51,966 nt of DNA from Catajapyx aquilonaris (lineage: Eukaryota): the NCBI GenBank assembly GCA_000934665.2, contig JYFJ02002726.1, forward strand, positions 1 to 51,966. Reading direction: 5' to 3'. Under the pieces are notes generated by a model. That model saw only the letters and a list, made by a program, of their open reading frames with translations. It searched no databases and was not told the origin of the DNA. Positions 1 through 10,600 of the stretch are shown piece after piece (positions within the stretch are counted from its first letter, which is position 1; the number at the start of each line of letters is the position of its first letter). A program made the translations under genes and the position numbers.

Positions 1-17
1 AGAGAGAGAGAGAGAGA
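1..17. repeat. (AG)n microsatellite, truncated by the window edge
   Basis: agagagagagagagaga at the window start. Confidence 0.9.
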
Positions 18-96
18 ACAACTTTATCCCATTCAGATAAATATTCATTAATAATTACGTATATTAATACCCTAATTATTTACATTTTAATGTTGC

Positions 97-263
97 GCTC
101 AGTACGTAGCCTACAGCACCTGCAAAGCGAAAGAACAATAGCATATAAGTTACTTTTTTTTAAATGTCAGCAGAGCAGATAAGGTGCCAGACATCATAGT
201 GTGCATAACCCACATTCATTTAATTATTCCTGCTGCCGACAACAACATGACCCTCAATCGAAG
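97..263 (+). repeat. Dispersed repeat, copy 1; copy 2 is split between about 1605-1630 and 2014-2130
   Basis: Both copies share the blocks gctcagt..acctgcaaagcga, gaaagaacaat, cagagc(a/t)gataagg(t/c)gccagacatc..gtgtgc(a/g)taacccacattc and atgaccctcaatcgaag. Confidence 0.8.
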
Positions 264-357
264 CGTCATACAACCTATACGAGCGTCAAGAAGCACCTGA
301 ACACAGCTTTATCGTATCTAAAATAATACGTAAATTAATTATGCACTAATAAGCTAA

Positions 358-1584
358 CACAGACCCTAGAAACCAATACCGTTAGCTGATTCTGCTATAG
401 ATGTCTGGGTGTTGATTTCATAAAAAGTACTTTAAAAAGTTCCATCGCCTACCAATTTTCCACAAACTCACATTTTACTTTCCATCGCCATAGAACCACT
501 GTGTTAAGGTTCTAAGGGAACTTACCATCATGAAGATAATTTATTCAAGAACCAGTTTGTCAGAAAATGAGGTCTGATGATGACTACTCCTCTTTTATTT
601 TTTTCCCCTCTCCACACTACGTACTCTTTACTCCGTGTTTCTCGAGGTCCCATGGAGCTTTTCTTCTTAGTATAAATGTATAATTATTGAGTTTACTTGT
701 GGTTTTATTATAGGGCCTATGAGATGAGATAAACTAAATGGCTACGTGGGGCTCTATTGAATCGCATGATTCCTTTCGTTACATTTATGGGGAATTGGTA
801 GTAAAGAAATACAGTATAGGCTATACCTACCACTAAAATTAGACCTTATGCGATGAACGTGCGTTATGCACATTTAGGAGTAGGCCTACAACTTGGTGAC
901 CAGGATAAGCCACAGGCTACACATAAAGTGTGTCATACTTGTGTCTCAGAAGTCCTCCAAAAGGGGTCAAAAGATGAGAAAAAAATATTTCCCATTTGGA
1001 GTTTGGAGGGAGTAAAGTATCAGTCATCATTACTGATGTGCTTTCAGGGTTCCCCTGAAAGCACAGTAATGATGACTGATACTTTTGTTTGTGTAGCTTA
1101 CACAGATTCAATCGTAATAATAAAGACGGGACATTTCTATCGGAACCTCCCGTCGGCAATACGCCATGTTCCTCTTGGCCCAGGAACACTTGTAGGCCTA
1201 CCTACACTTAACAGAGAAAGTACGTAAGAAGACATGCCAAAATACTCTGAAGAATATCATACTCATGAATCATGATGATGACTTTTACAAAAAAATTAAC
1301 CTTCAATCTCACCAAATTGCAGGCCTATTACATGGATTGACAATATGCAGTGATCTGAAATTTTTTCATGCTTCTTGGACAACAAATTCATATATTTAAT
1401 AAAGGAAACATATAATATAGGCTCCTTTCCCATATCTTCAAATCCACTTTGTGGAAAATAATCCATGGGTGATGGAGAAAAACGGAGGTATAATCATTTG
1501 AAATCAGCACACCAAACAAAACATTAGTATATCAGTCAAAATCTTGCAAGAAGTTTTCAATTACCTAATTTTTTTAGGCCTGTG
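358..1584 (+). mobile_element. Decayed, internally deleted DNA transposon, Chapaev3 (CMC superfamily)-like
   Basis: Termini are CACAGACCCTAGAAA ... TTTTTTAGGCCTGTG, flanked by TAA on both sides (355-357, 1585-1587). There are subterminal inverted motifs (gtgttgatttca / tgaaatcagcac). Frameshifted transposase N-terminal remnants read LGDQDKPQATHKVCHTCV, KHSNDD*YFC and YRNLPSAIRHVPLGP. The family assignment is from recalled motifs. Confidence 0.55.
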
Positions 1585-1689
1585 TAATTAGTAATTATTT
1601 TTTAGGCTCAGTCCGGTACCTGCAAAGCGATAGGCCTAATCATATATTGTATAGTAATGAAGTATAGCCTATAAGCCTATACTATACTT

Positions 1690-1978
1690 GGGGCAACCAG
1701 GCAAGATAACTCATGCGTTTGGGGAGGTGGCTTGTGAACTTGGCAACCAAATAATTAACCACGTCCCCTACCGGTCGACCAATCAGGATTCGATTTCAAA
1801 GGAGGTGGGCGGTATGTTCTAAAACCATGTTTACACTACGCAATTGGTAACCAAGCAGGGGGAAATATCCCACCAATCGTTCTAAATTCCATACAAAAAA
1901 AACTCGGCAAGGGGCGGGGCTAATTATGGTTGCCAAAGTCACAAGCCACATCCCCAAACGCATGAGTTATCTTGCCCC
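1690..1978. mobile_element. MITE with about 55-bp terminal inverted repeats
   Basis: Left ggcaagataactcatgcgtttggggaggtggcttgtgaactttggcaacca is the near reverse complement of right tggttgccaaagtcacaagccacatccccaaacgcatgagttatcttgcc. The TSD is not clean. Confidence 0.8.
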
Positions 1979-3460
1979 TAAGAGTACTACAGTATCTCGC
2001 CTACTATGCATCAGAAAGAACAATCGCTTGCACTTTTTTTTTAAATAAAAATTCCAGAGCTGATAAGGCGCCAGACATCCTTGTGTGCGTAACCCACATT
2101 CCACAATCAACATATGACCCTCAATCGAAGTAGTCAAGCATGAGTATGTGAGTGTGTGAGACTCGTGAATACTCCCGCCAGATGCCTCTACCGTCAACGA
2201 GGCCTTACGAAGCCTGATCCCCAGCGCCTCCAAACGACCTCACTGCAAACTAGATCGCTCCGTTTATTACATGCACACACATACACTGAAGGAAATTAGG
2301 GGGAAAAGAAGAATAAGAAGAAGGGGGGAGAGAGAGGAAAGCCAGAGAAGGAAGGAAGGATTGTTGTGCAGCCTTCTATTATAGTAGTGTTTGGTGTTGT
2401 AACTGGCCTGGACACCATCAAGGAGGAGGGGGGACAAGAAGCGTTGCCTGGGGGATACATACACACGCCAACAGTTGAGGGACTGCAGCCTGGTTCTGTG
2501 TGAGCTGGGGGTGGAACAGGGCAGGGAGCAGTTGTTAGACGGAGGACTTCACAGGTGATTTGTTATGTATGGGGGTGACTTACATGGTGGTTGGGCGAAG
2601 AGAATTTTTAATTTCAAAAAAAAGAGGGGGGGATTTGGTCCATTGTGTGTGCACCAAAATGGGGAGTGACGTCAAGGGGGAATTTTTGTCAACAATTGAT
2701 GTCATTGGTATTGCCTGGTTGCGTATGTGTGGAAGGGGAGAGAGAACATTCGGTGCGGATGGCAATGACACTAGTAGCACAGAGGCACACACTGTACAAT
2801 GGAATGTTCATGTTGCCACATCATGGGCTGAGTCATATTAATTGGCCAATCAGAGTTCATAATGAAAATCTTGATTAACATATCGGCAGACATATCGGCA
2901 GTATTACAGCCAACTTGTAGCTCGTTTGCCTACATCGTACTGACTGCAATAGTGCATGGATTGGCAATATGTAATTAGAGCACCTGATACTGGGACACAA
3001 TTCGAGCCGTAGTGGTCAATATAATGTCATATTAAAAGGTGGGATGTTATTGTAAGGAGTGGGGAGGACGGGGATAAAATTGCAAATAGAAGGGTAAGTG
3101 TAAAAATAAGGCTCATTTAAATTCAACAGAACGACTAACATAACAAGATGTGGAACTTTTCTGGGAAGAATTTATAAATAGGCAGGACTGTAGTGACAGT
3201 TGGTTTCCGAAAGCATTAATCAACCTTCGCAGGAAACAATGTGTTTCACATGGCTGCTGAGAATAATTTTTATTTGCAGAGTACTAATGTTTTTTCATAG
3301 GCCTATTAATGTTGTAATTTTGAAGAGTGTACCTTTTTGTCACACTTCATGTGAAATGTGTCTGAAAACATGCACCTGCATGTTACAGCATTGGAAAAGA
3401 CATAAAATTGATTGTGAAAGCTTCAAATTGCCATCATGGAACATACGTACGTACTTAAAT

Positions 3461-3770
3461 GAATAGTGTTGTGATCTGTAATTATCTGTGTAGATTTATG
3501 CAGACAGCTAATGTGAGAATGAATATCTCTTTGAGCCCACATTTGCCTGTGTAATGCTTGATTCCTGCATTTAGAAATGTATTTATTGATTGTTGAGATG
3601 TTCTGGTTTTGCTTGCATGCAGACCATCAACAAACAAGCAATAAAAGCATTTCAAAATACAGGAAGTGCTTTTTACATCTTTCCCTAATCAAGCATTGTC
3701 AGACAAATGTGGTCTCGCATTAGCTGTCTGCATAAATCTACACAGATAATTACAGATCGTAACACTATTC
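3461..3770. mobile_element. MITE/foldback element with about 58-bp inverted arms
   Basis: gaatagtgttgtgatctgtaattatctgtgtagatttatgcagacagctaatgtgaga (from 3461) pairs with tctcgcattagctgtctgcataaatctacacagataattacagatcgtaacactattc (to 3770). Confidence 0.8.
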
Positions 3771-4011
3771 GCACATGCACGTATCAGGAATTTCAATCAT
3801 GTTCTGCTTTGTTAACTGTGTTTGTGAATGTTCATTGCAGAAATAATTCATGCATCATTTGTGTATATGTTTATAAAATCAAGACTAATGTGGCTTCATG
3901 TCATAACGACATCACTTGATGATGAAAGTGTGGGCCGACGACTAAACTAATGAAATTAAAATGTTTTTCCCCCCAGGTTTGCGATGGTAGAATCTTGATG
4001 ACACGCCGGGC

Positions 4012-7000
4012 ATGAGTAGGAAGACGAACAGTGCGACTGCCCGTCTGCGGCAGGACTTCATGAGACTGAAGAGGGATCCCGTCCCTTACGTCACAGCCGA
4101 GCCCCTCCCGTCCAACATACTGGAGTGGTGAGTCTCCCCAAGCCATTGAAATGTCAAAGAGAGAGAGACAAAAAAATGCCATTTTAATTGCACAACATTA
4201 GCAAAATTGTGTAACAAGCAGAACTAATTGCTGGGCATCTGGCAACAGTGCGGCAGGGTTGCCATGCCGCAAGTAGTGTTGCCATGCGCCGCACAGGTAG
4301 TAGGCCCCGTCTTCTCTATCCTCTCCGCCCCTCCCCCTCCCTGACTACTCCTTCACCTTTTTGGAAAATGGCGGACGAAGTTCTGCTTGAGCTTCTTCAC
4401 ACGGAGCTTGTCAGGTCCTTTTCGGCCGAAGACGATGCGGAGAAGACCAAGGCTGTGACCCGCCTGGAGTCCATGGGGTATCACGCGGGGTACAGGGCCA
4501 TAGAGAGGCTCCTGAGGGACAGTCCCAGGTTCAAGGACGAGCTGGACACGATCAAGTTCATATGCAAGGACTTCTGGACAGCGGTGTACAAGAAGCAGGT
4601 GGACAACCTGAGGACCAACCACCAGGGGGTGTACGTGCTGCAGGACAACTGCTTCCGCTTCCTGGCTAAGGTGTCGTGCAGCGGGCAGCACCTGGAGCAG
4701 GCCCCGAGGCTGCTGGCCTTCACATGTGGGCTGGTTCGAGGGGCGCTGGCCGACCTGGGGATAGCCTGCGTGGTGACGGCTGAGGTGACGGCGATGCCTG
4801 CATGCAAGTTCCAGATACAGGTGCAGAGGGCGTGATTCGACCCGCCGGTTGATGCCAACACTGGGGAGCAGCCGGCGATGTTCTTGGTGCAGATGCACAG
4901 ACTCAAGTGTCAGATTATGAACAGGTTTTGGGGAGCAGACGGCAGCGTTTTCGAAGCTTGTACGCATGTGGTGCCCCTCGACTCGTAGGCGCGAGGCGGC
5001 AGATTCTCGGCGGTGTCAACCAGGATTGTGGAAGAATTTGCAGACTGTTGCAGCATTGTTTTGTATTGTGTTTTCTAGAAGGGGGCCAAGCCCAGTTTTT
5101 CATCAGACACTGATCAGCCAGTTGGACTCATATCAACAAGAATAATGCAGTGTGCAGGGCCCGTTGGCGCAGTTGTCGTACATTTGCTATTGTTTCTACC
5201 CCTAGAATTGTACAGTAAATTCCATGAACTATTCCACTTGCAGCACTTGGTGCTCTTCTGTAGTTAAAGCTATGTTATGGTGTTGGGCTTTTGGACTTGT
5301 ACATGTCATAATGACTTAAAATCACTTGTGTTTTGTGGGTAGACGGTGGGGGCAATTATTTAAAGGATCGTGCACTCTTCCCTAGACATGTAACTAATCT
5401 TGGGATAGAAAAGCTTGTGCACATTAAAATATTTATGAAACCTAGCTTTTGTGTGTAATTAAAAGGCATTTTCTCTCTTGCATTTGCTCATATTTTCTTG
5501 CCAGTGTTCTGGCTAGTGCATTTGGGACATGTTGCATCAACAGCTAACCACCAAAGTAAATGCCCCTCTTTTTTTTTGAAGGCACTATGTTGTAAAAGGA
5601 CCTGAGAAGTCGACGTTCGAGGGAGGCCTGTATCATGGGAAGTTGATCTTCCCGACTGAGTTTCCATTTAAACCCCCTAGCATATACATGCTGACACCAA
5701 ATGGAAGGTAAGCACCAGGTTGTAACTTCCTCCGCGATGGAAAAGTGTTGAAACATATTAGTACAGTAAAACTTCTATAAGTCGAATCTCCATGGAACCA
5801 GGAAAAAACTTCGAGTTGTAGAAGATTCGAGTTTTAATAGAGAAGTTTGGAATTTTTTTAACACATGACTCTTTGAGGAAGCCTGTCTCTATAACCAGCG
5901 ACAAAAGGTATAACTTATTAGTATAACTTAAAAATCACTGTCACTATCAAACAATGCTCCTCATTGTTTTGTTGTGGAAAAAAAAACTCCGGTATACGGA
6001 CATTTGCCTACTCTTAGATTCAAGGATTCAATTGTCACAATCGAGTCAAGCACTTCTTTCGGTACGTCTGGTAGACGGAGATCAGGAAATCGAGCCTTTC
6101 TGTACATGTGGCCTACTCTCGACCCTTCGGTTGGGAAATGAGAAAATTTTCCTTACTCTCCAACATGAACTTCGACTTAGGGAGACTGAAAATGCATTGA
6201 TATCCCATCGTAAGGCCCTGCCTGCACTTCGAGTTAGGGAAGCATATTTCCTATTATTTTACATTGTGACCAACCAAGCTCATCATTTTCTTCGACTTGT
6301 GGAGAACTTCGACTTGGGGAAGTTCGACTTATAGAAGTTTTACTGTATTAAAACAACTGTCATGTAATGAGAATCAGTTAGAAGCTACATCTCACAGTAT
6401 GTGGCGATAAGGAAGTAATAAAGGATATGTTAGTGATTTTTTCCTGTCCTGCACATTCATCTATCATGCTGTGTTGCAAAGGGAAGGATCTTGCATCTTA
6501 ATTTTATAGTAATGGTAGATGAAGGACAAGTTCTAATAGTATGTGCAGTGCTTTAAAAATTACATTTAATGTAATGTATGATTATTATGCAATACTCCCT
6601 CAGCACCATGCTATGTGGCATTACAACAGGCAGTGGCTTAATTTCGTTTATGGCAGTTTTCATAAATAATGTGACAAAAAATTGGACTTCATTTACCATT
6701 ACCAGAAAATGCAAAATAAATTCTTGTGCACTTTCTAATCCACCCTGTTCTGGGAACTGGTGTGCACTTTTTGGGGGAGTGGTTACCCCCTTGTGTACTT
6801 ACCCCCTTACTGTACTGTTAGTATGTTCAAATCTTTTTGCATAGCCAAATAAAAATTATCCTTGCTTATCTACCTTCACACGAGATGGTATGGCCACGTT
6901 AAAATTTAGTTAGAAATTTTGTACAAAAAAGTGCTGTGAGGTTAGTGTAAATGGGGCCCACTATAAATGGAAGTTACAGGATTGTTGTAATTACCCAGAC

Positions 7001-7630
7001 TTTGGCAGATATGCACCACGAAATTATAGTAGCAATTTATTAAAGCGATATACACCTGTTGCACCCAGGTTCAAGACCAACATGAGGCTGTGCCTGTCCA
7101 TAAGCGACTTCCACCCAGACACGTGGAACCCAGCGTGGAGCGTGGCAACTATCCTAACAGGTCTACTGAGCTTCATGATGGAGAAGAGCCCCACATTGGG
7201 CAGTATAGAGACATCTGACTTTGAGAAGCGTAGGCTGGCCTACCAGAGCCTGGAATTTAACCTCAGAGACAAAGTCTTTTGTGAGCTGTTCCCAGATGAA
7301 GTTGAGGTACAGCAGTTAATATTACCTTAGTGATGTGTACCTGCATTTTTAAGTCTTGATCACATTGCATGTCTTCATCTTGCCGGCATTTAGGAAATCA
7401 AGGCTGAGTTGAAGCGGAGGCGTGATGCTGAGCTCAATGCAAATGGGAGCAGAAGCGGATCGCAAAGCACAAGTGATGGTGCCATCTCAGCACTACCCCC
7501 ACAGTTAGGCCAGAACCAGCAGGACCAGAGCCCCCTGCAGAGTGCCCTGGCCAACATTGTTGTCATCCTAGGGTTCGCAGCCTTCGCATACACTGTCAAG
7601 TATGTGCTCAAAAGCCTCGCTACTGAGTGA
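4012..7630 (+). CDS. UBE2J2: Ubiquitin-conjugating enzyme E2 J2 (Ubc6, tail-anchored ERAD E2); coding exons 4012-4127, 5582-5707, 7069-7306, 7394-7630
   Basis: The spliced frame reads MSRKTNSATARLRQDFMRLKRDPVPYVTAEPLPSNILEW|HYVVKGPEKSTFEGGLYHGKLIFPTEFPFKPPSIYMLTPNGR|FKTNMRLCLSISDFHPDTWNPAWSV... It has the catalytic Cys in RLCLS and a C-terminal TM segment LANIVVILGFAAFAYTV. Introns are GT-AG with matching phases. Confidence 0.95.
4368..4835 (+). CDS. TRAPPC6B: Trafficking protein particle complex subunit 6 (Trs33/TRAPPC6B-like), intronless, 155 aa, nested in a UBE2J2 intron
   Basis: MADEVLLELLHTELV...LESMGYHAGYRAIERLLRDSPRFKDELDTIKFICKDFWTAVYKKQVDNLRTNHQGVYVLQDN...FTCGLVRGALADLG carries Bet3/TRAPP family motifs. 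Start context is aaaATGg, codon usage is GC3-rich, and ATTAAA occurs at 5423 and 5458. Confidence 0.95.
   Translation: MADEVLLELLHTELVRSFSAEDDAEKTKAVTRLESMGYHAGYRAIERLLRDSPRFKDELDTIKFICKDFWTAVYKKQVDNLRTNHQGVYVLQDNCFRFLAKVSCSGQHLEQAPRLLAFTCGLVRGALADLGIACVVTAEVTAMPACKFQIQVQRA
5764..6345. mobile_element. Tc1/mariner-pogo (Tigger-like) MITE in a UBE2J2 intron
   Basis: Perfect 23-bp TIR CAGTAAAACTTCTATAAGTCGAA / TTCGACTTATAGAAGTTTTACTG, TA target-site duplications on both sides, and repeated subterminal ttcgactt/ttcgagtt motifs. Confidence 0.9.
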
Positions 7631-10600
7631 CGATGCCACCACATGTCTCCCTCATATTCTTTTCTCCCCAAACCCCCCCACCACGTGATTGTGGACTGAT
7701 TTGTGGCTGAGGCTGCACGCCCTACTCTCTCCCCTACTCTGAAAGAATGAAGTGAGAACAAATCTGAGGATTCACCTTTGGTTTATCTATGACCTATACA
7801 GTAATTTTTTGACTTTGGTTAACGCTTTTTGCACGGCTCCTAGGAGAGCAAGAGGCGAAAGGCTTGCACTGTAGAGTCTCAAATGAAAACCGTATTTGTT
7901 GCAACTCTGCCCCCCAAACCCAATGATTTGAAATTTCAGGCCGTGTATGTGAAGTTAAGCTGTTTATTTTCATAAATATAATAATCTCAATTATATCAAA
8001 TTTTTTTTGTCTATTATGTTACATATTAATTATTTTCTGTTTTGCGTTGCAAAACCTGATGTTTCACCAAATAAATGCCTCATATTTTCCATGCTGTAAA
8101 GTTCAGTCTGGTATGCCATGTACAAGGAAATAAATTATTGCTTAAAACCTTGTGTATTTTCATGTAAAGCCGGTCCATGCAAAAATTGGAAGTGTATATA
8201 TGTATTTGCATGAATGTACCATATATGCAGGAAATGATAATGAAACTTTGCATGTACTGTACATTGGATTTGATTTTTGAAGAAACCTGCGATAGTTTCA
8301 TCCCCCTTTTCTTCAGAAAAGGCCTCATCAGGTGACACCATGCGTTAAAGCTTTTTGTACGTGCAACACCTAATGAACAACTGACAGCGCTCATGTTTAT
8401 TTGTACTGCACTCAGTCTTGCGGCATGTGACTTGAAGAAACTACCCACGTCCACATTTCACAACTTCCTCCTCCCCAGTAAGACTTGGACCTTACGAAAT
8501 AGTCGCCAGTACATAAAAAAAAAATACATTTTGCGGTGAGCCCCTGAGAGTGGGAGCCCAACTGAAGGAGTCGGATGTCAGGCGCATCCGACACGGAGAA
8601 TGGGAGTTTTGCAGACTCCGGAACCGGGGTCTGGAGATGCTGATGGGGGGAGGAGGAAGTACAAGAAGAGAGGGGGGAGACTGAAGAAGAAACCGAAGAA
8701 GGAAGGCAGTCGCGTGTTGCAGATGAAGGGTGCGTCCCATTGAAGCACCTGCTCATTTCCATTACACTATTGAGTGGTATGCTGCATCGGCCCAACACAA
8801 ATAAACCAAGGTTCTTGCAGACAACTTGGCCAAAACATGCGGGAGCCCGAAAAGAGGGTCGGTTCATCGAAAGGAAGTAAATGATTTACTTATCCATGAA
8901 TAGACGGCTTGTTCTTTGACTCTGTCCAGAGGGGCCTATGGTGTCCAAAAATGGGAGGTTTGCCTACCGTCCATCGACACCTCAAAGTGAAATTACAACC
9001 AAACATGACCCACTGATTGATATGGTCGAGTGACGCGGGTTGATTAAGGGCACCGGAACTGATGAAGTGGAGGGTCCCTTGCTACCCACCAAAAAGACTG
9101 GAAGCGACGACCCCAAGGCCTCATTATTTCTTAATGACCATTTGGGGGCGAAAGGGCAGCTGTGGTTGGAAGGAAACAAGAGACCGACCCCACATCCATA
9201 AGACCCACTAAGACCCAAAATTAGAAATGACCAACTTTTGTAGGGATTTGAATGTAGGAATCGACAGTGTGTGTCCCTCCCCTCACAGAAAATGGTCCAG
9301 ATGTGTCACCCATGAGCAAAAAAAGGGGAGATTTATTTCTGGGAGGTTGAGGAAGCTGGGTTCAGATGAATGTGGAACTTGTGTTTGGACATGGTCACGG
9401 AAGAGGAGATTCAGAGGCTGACCCTTTTTGGTGGTTTGTCGGCCATTCTGTCGGCGTGGGGCAAGCAAAAGGAAGCCGACAGTTTGGTATTGAGAGGAAC
9501 ACCTGAGACTGGCTCAGCTCAACCTGCAAGACCCCGCCTTCTCCCGTGCTGGCCATCAAAGAAAAGGCCGCCTTCTCTCAGACCCAACCAACCTTCCAGG
9601 TTATATTTTGCTTCAGGGTGAGAACAGAAGGACGCTTCTTAACATGCAAAAAAAAAAAATGTGTACCGGTTTGGGCCATATTGATCTGTCCTGTATTGGG
9701 CTGATTGCTAATTATTTCAATGCACTAATTTGATCGTGATTTATGCAGATAAAATTACGGCCATTAACTTGATTTGCTGACGGTGCTGTGTACATGTTCG
9801 ATGATGATGCAGTTTCCTGCTGGCTAATGTTGATATTATCTCTCGTTATTCCTGTAGCGCCGATGCCACTGATAGCATAGTATCAGGTTAGGTAAACCCG
9901 ATTTTATATGGCGGAGTATAAGCCCGCACATATGCGCTTTTATTAGCCTCCTTTAAATAAATAAATCCGCATTTAACATGATTCTACCCGTACGAAACAC
10001 ATGGTTGCCAATTAGTTGTACCTAAACTCTATACACATGAAATTTTCCACGCAAATGTGGAACTGTTAGGTCAAACGCGAGTGTCAAATGTAGTTTGGTT
10101 GATAAGCATTTCATAGACTGTGGTTCTATCATTAGTAAGCCAGCACGTTGTCAGTGTTATTACTGTTATAACATGACATACTCTCGTCAGGTGCTGGTGC
10201 TTGATGGCCAAGTGTCGTCGAAATGCAGTGGATTTTAATCGGCAGATTATAGTGCAGCTTCCATCTACGTCTATAGTTCACTTCTTCATCTAACCGTAAG
10301 TATCTACTAGAAGCCGTCTGTGAATGTGATTATTGACTTTCTCATCTTTCGCACCTCGTGTATGAATGTGCATGTATACTTTCGGCGGGGCTGTGCATAT
10401 GCATCATGATATAATAGGAATAATAATAGGAATGATTTTAATAGGAATGGAGATTTTGACTTGGCCCATAGTAATGTGTATAGGATATAATTTAATACTA
10501 TGGTTAGCATTGCCGACATACCAAACCATGCTTATCTGTATCAGAAATATTTACAAGTGAAATCCAAAACCACTAGGGGTTCAAGTTCGCATGACCCCCT

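Noticed and set aside
4248..4367. 40-aa N-terminal extension of TRAPPC6
   Set aside because: It begins at a GTG, and family similarity and good start context begin at ATG 4368.
4353..4967. 204-aa antisense ORF, and similar shadow ORFs opposite twist, UBIAD1, mTOR and UBE4B
   Set aside because: These are expected shadows of GC3-rich coding sequence and have no independent gene signals.
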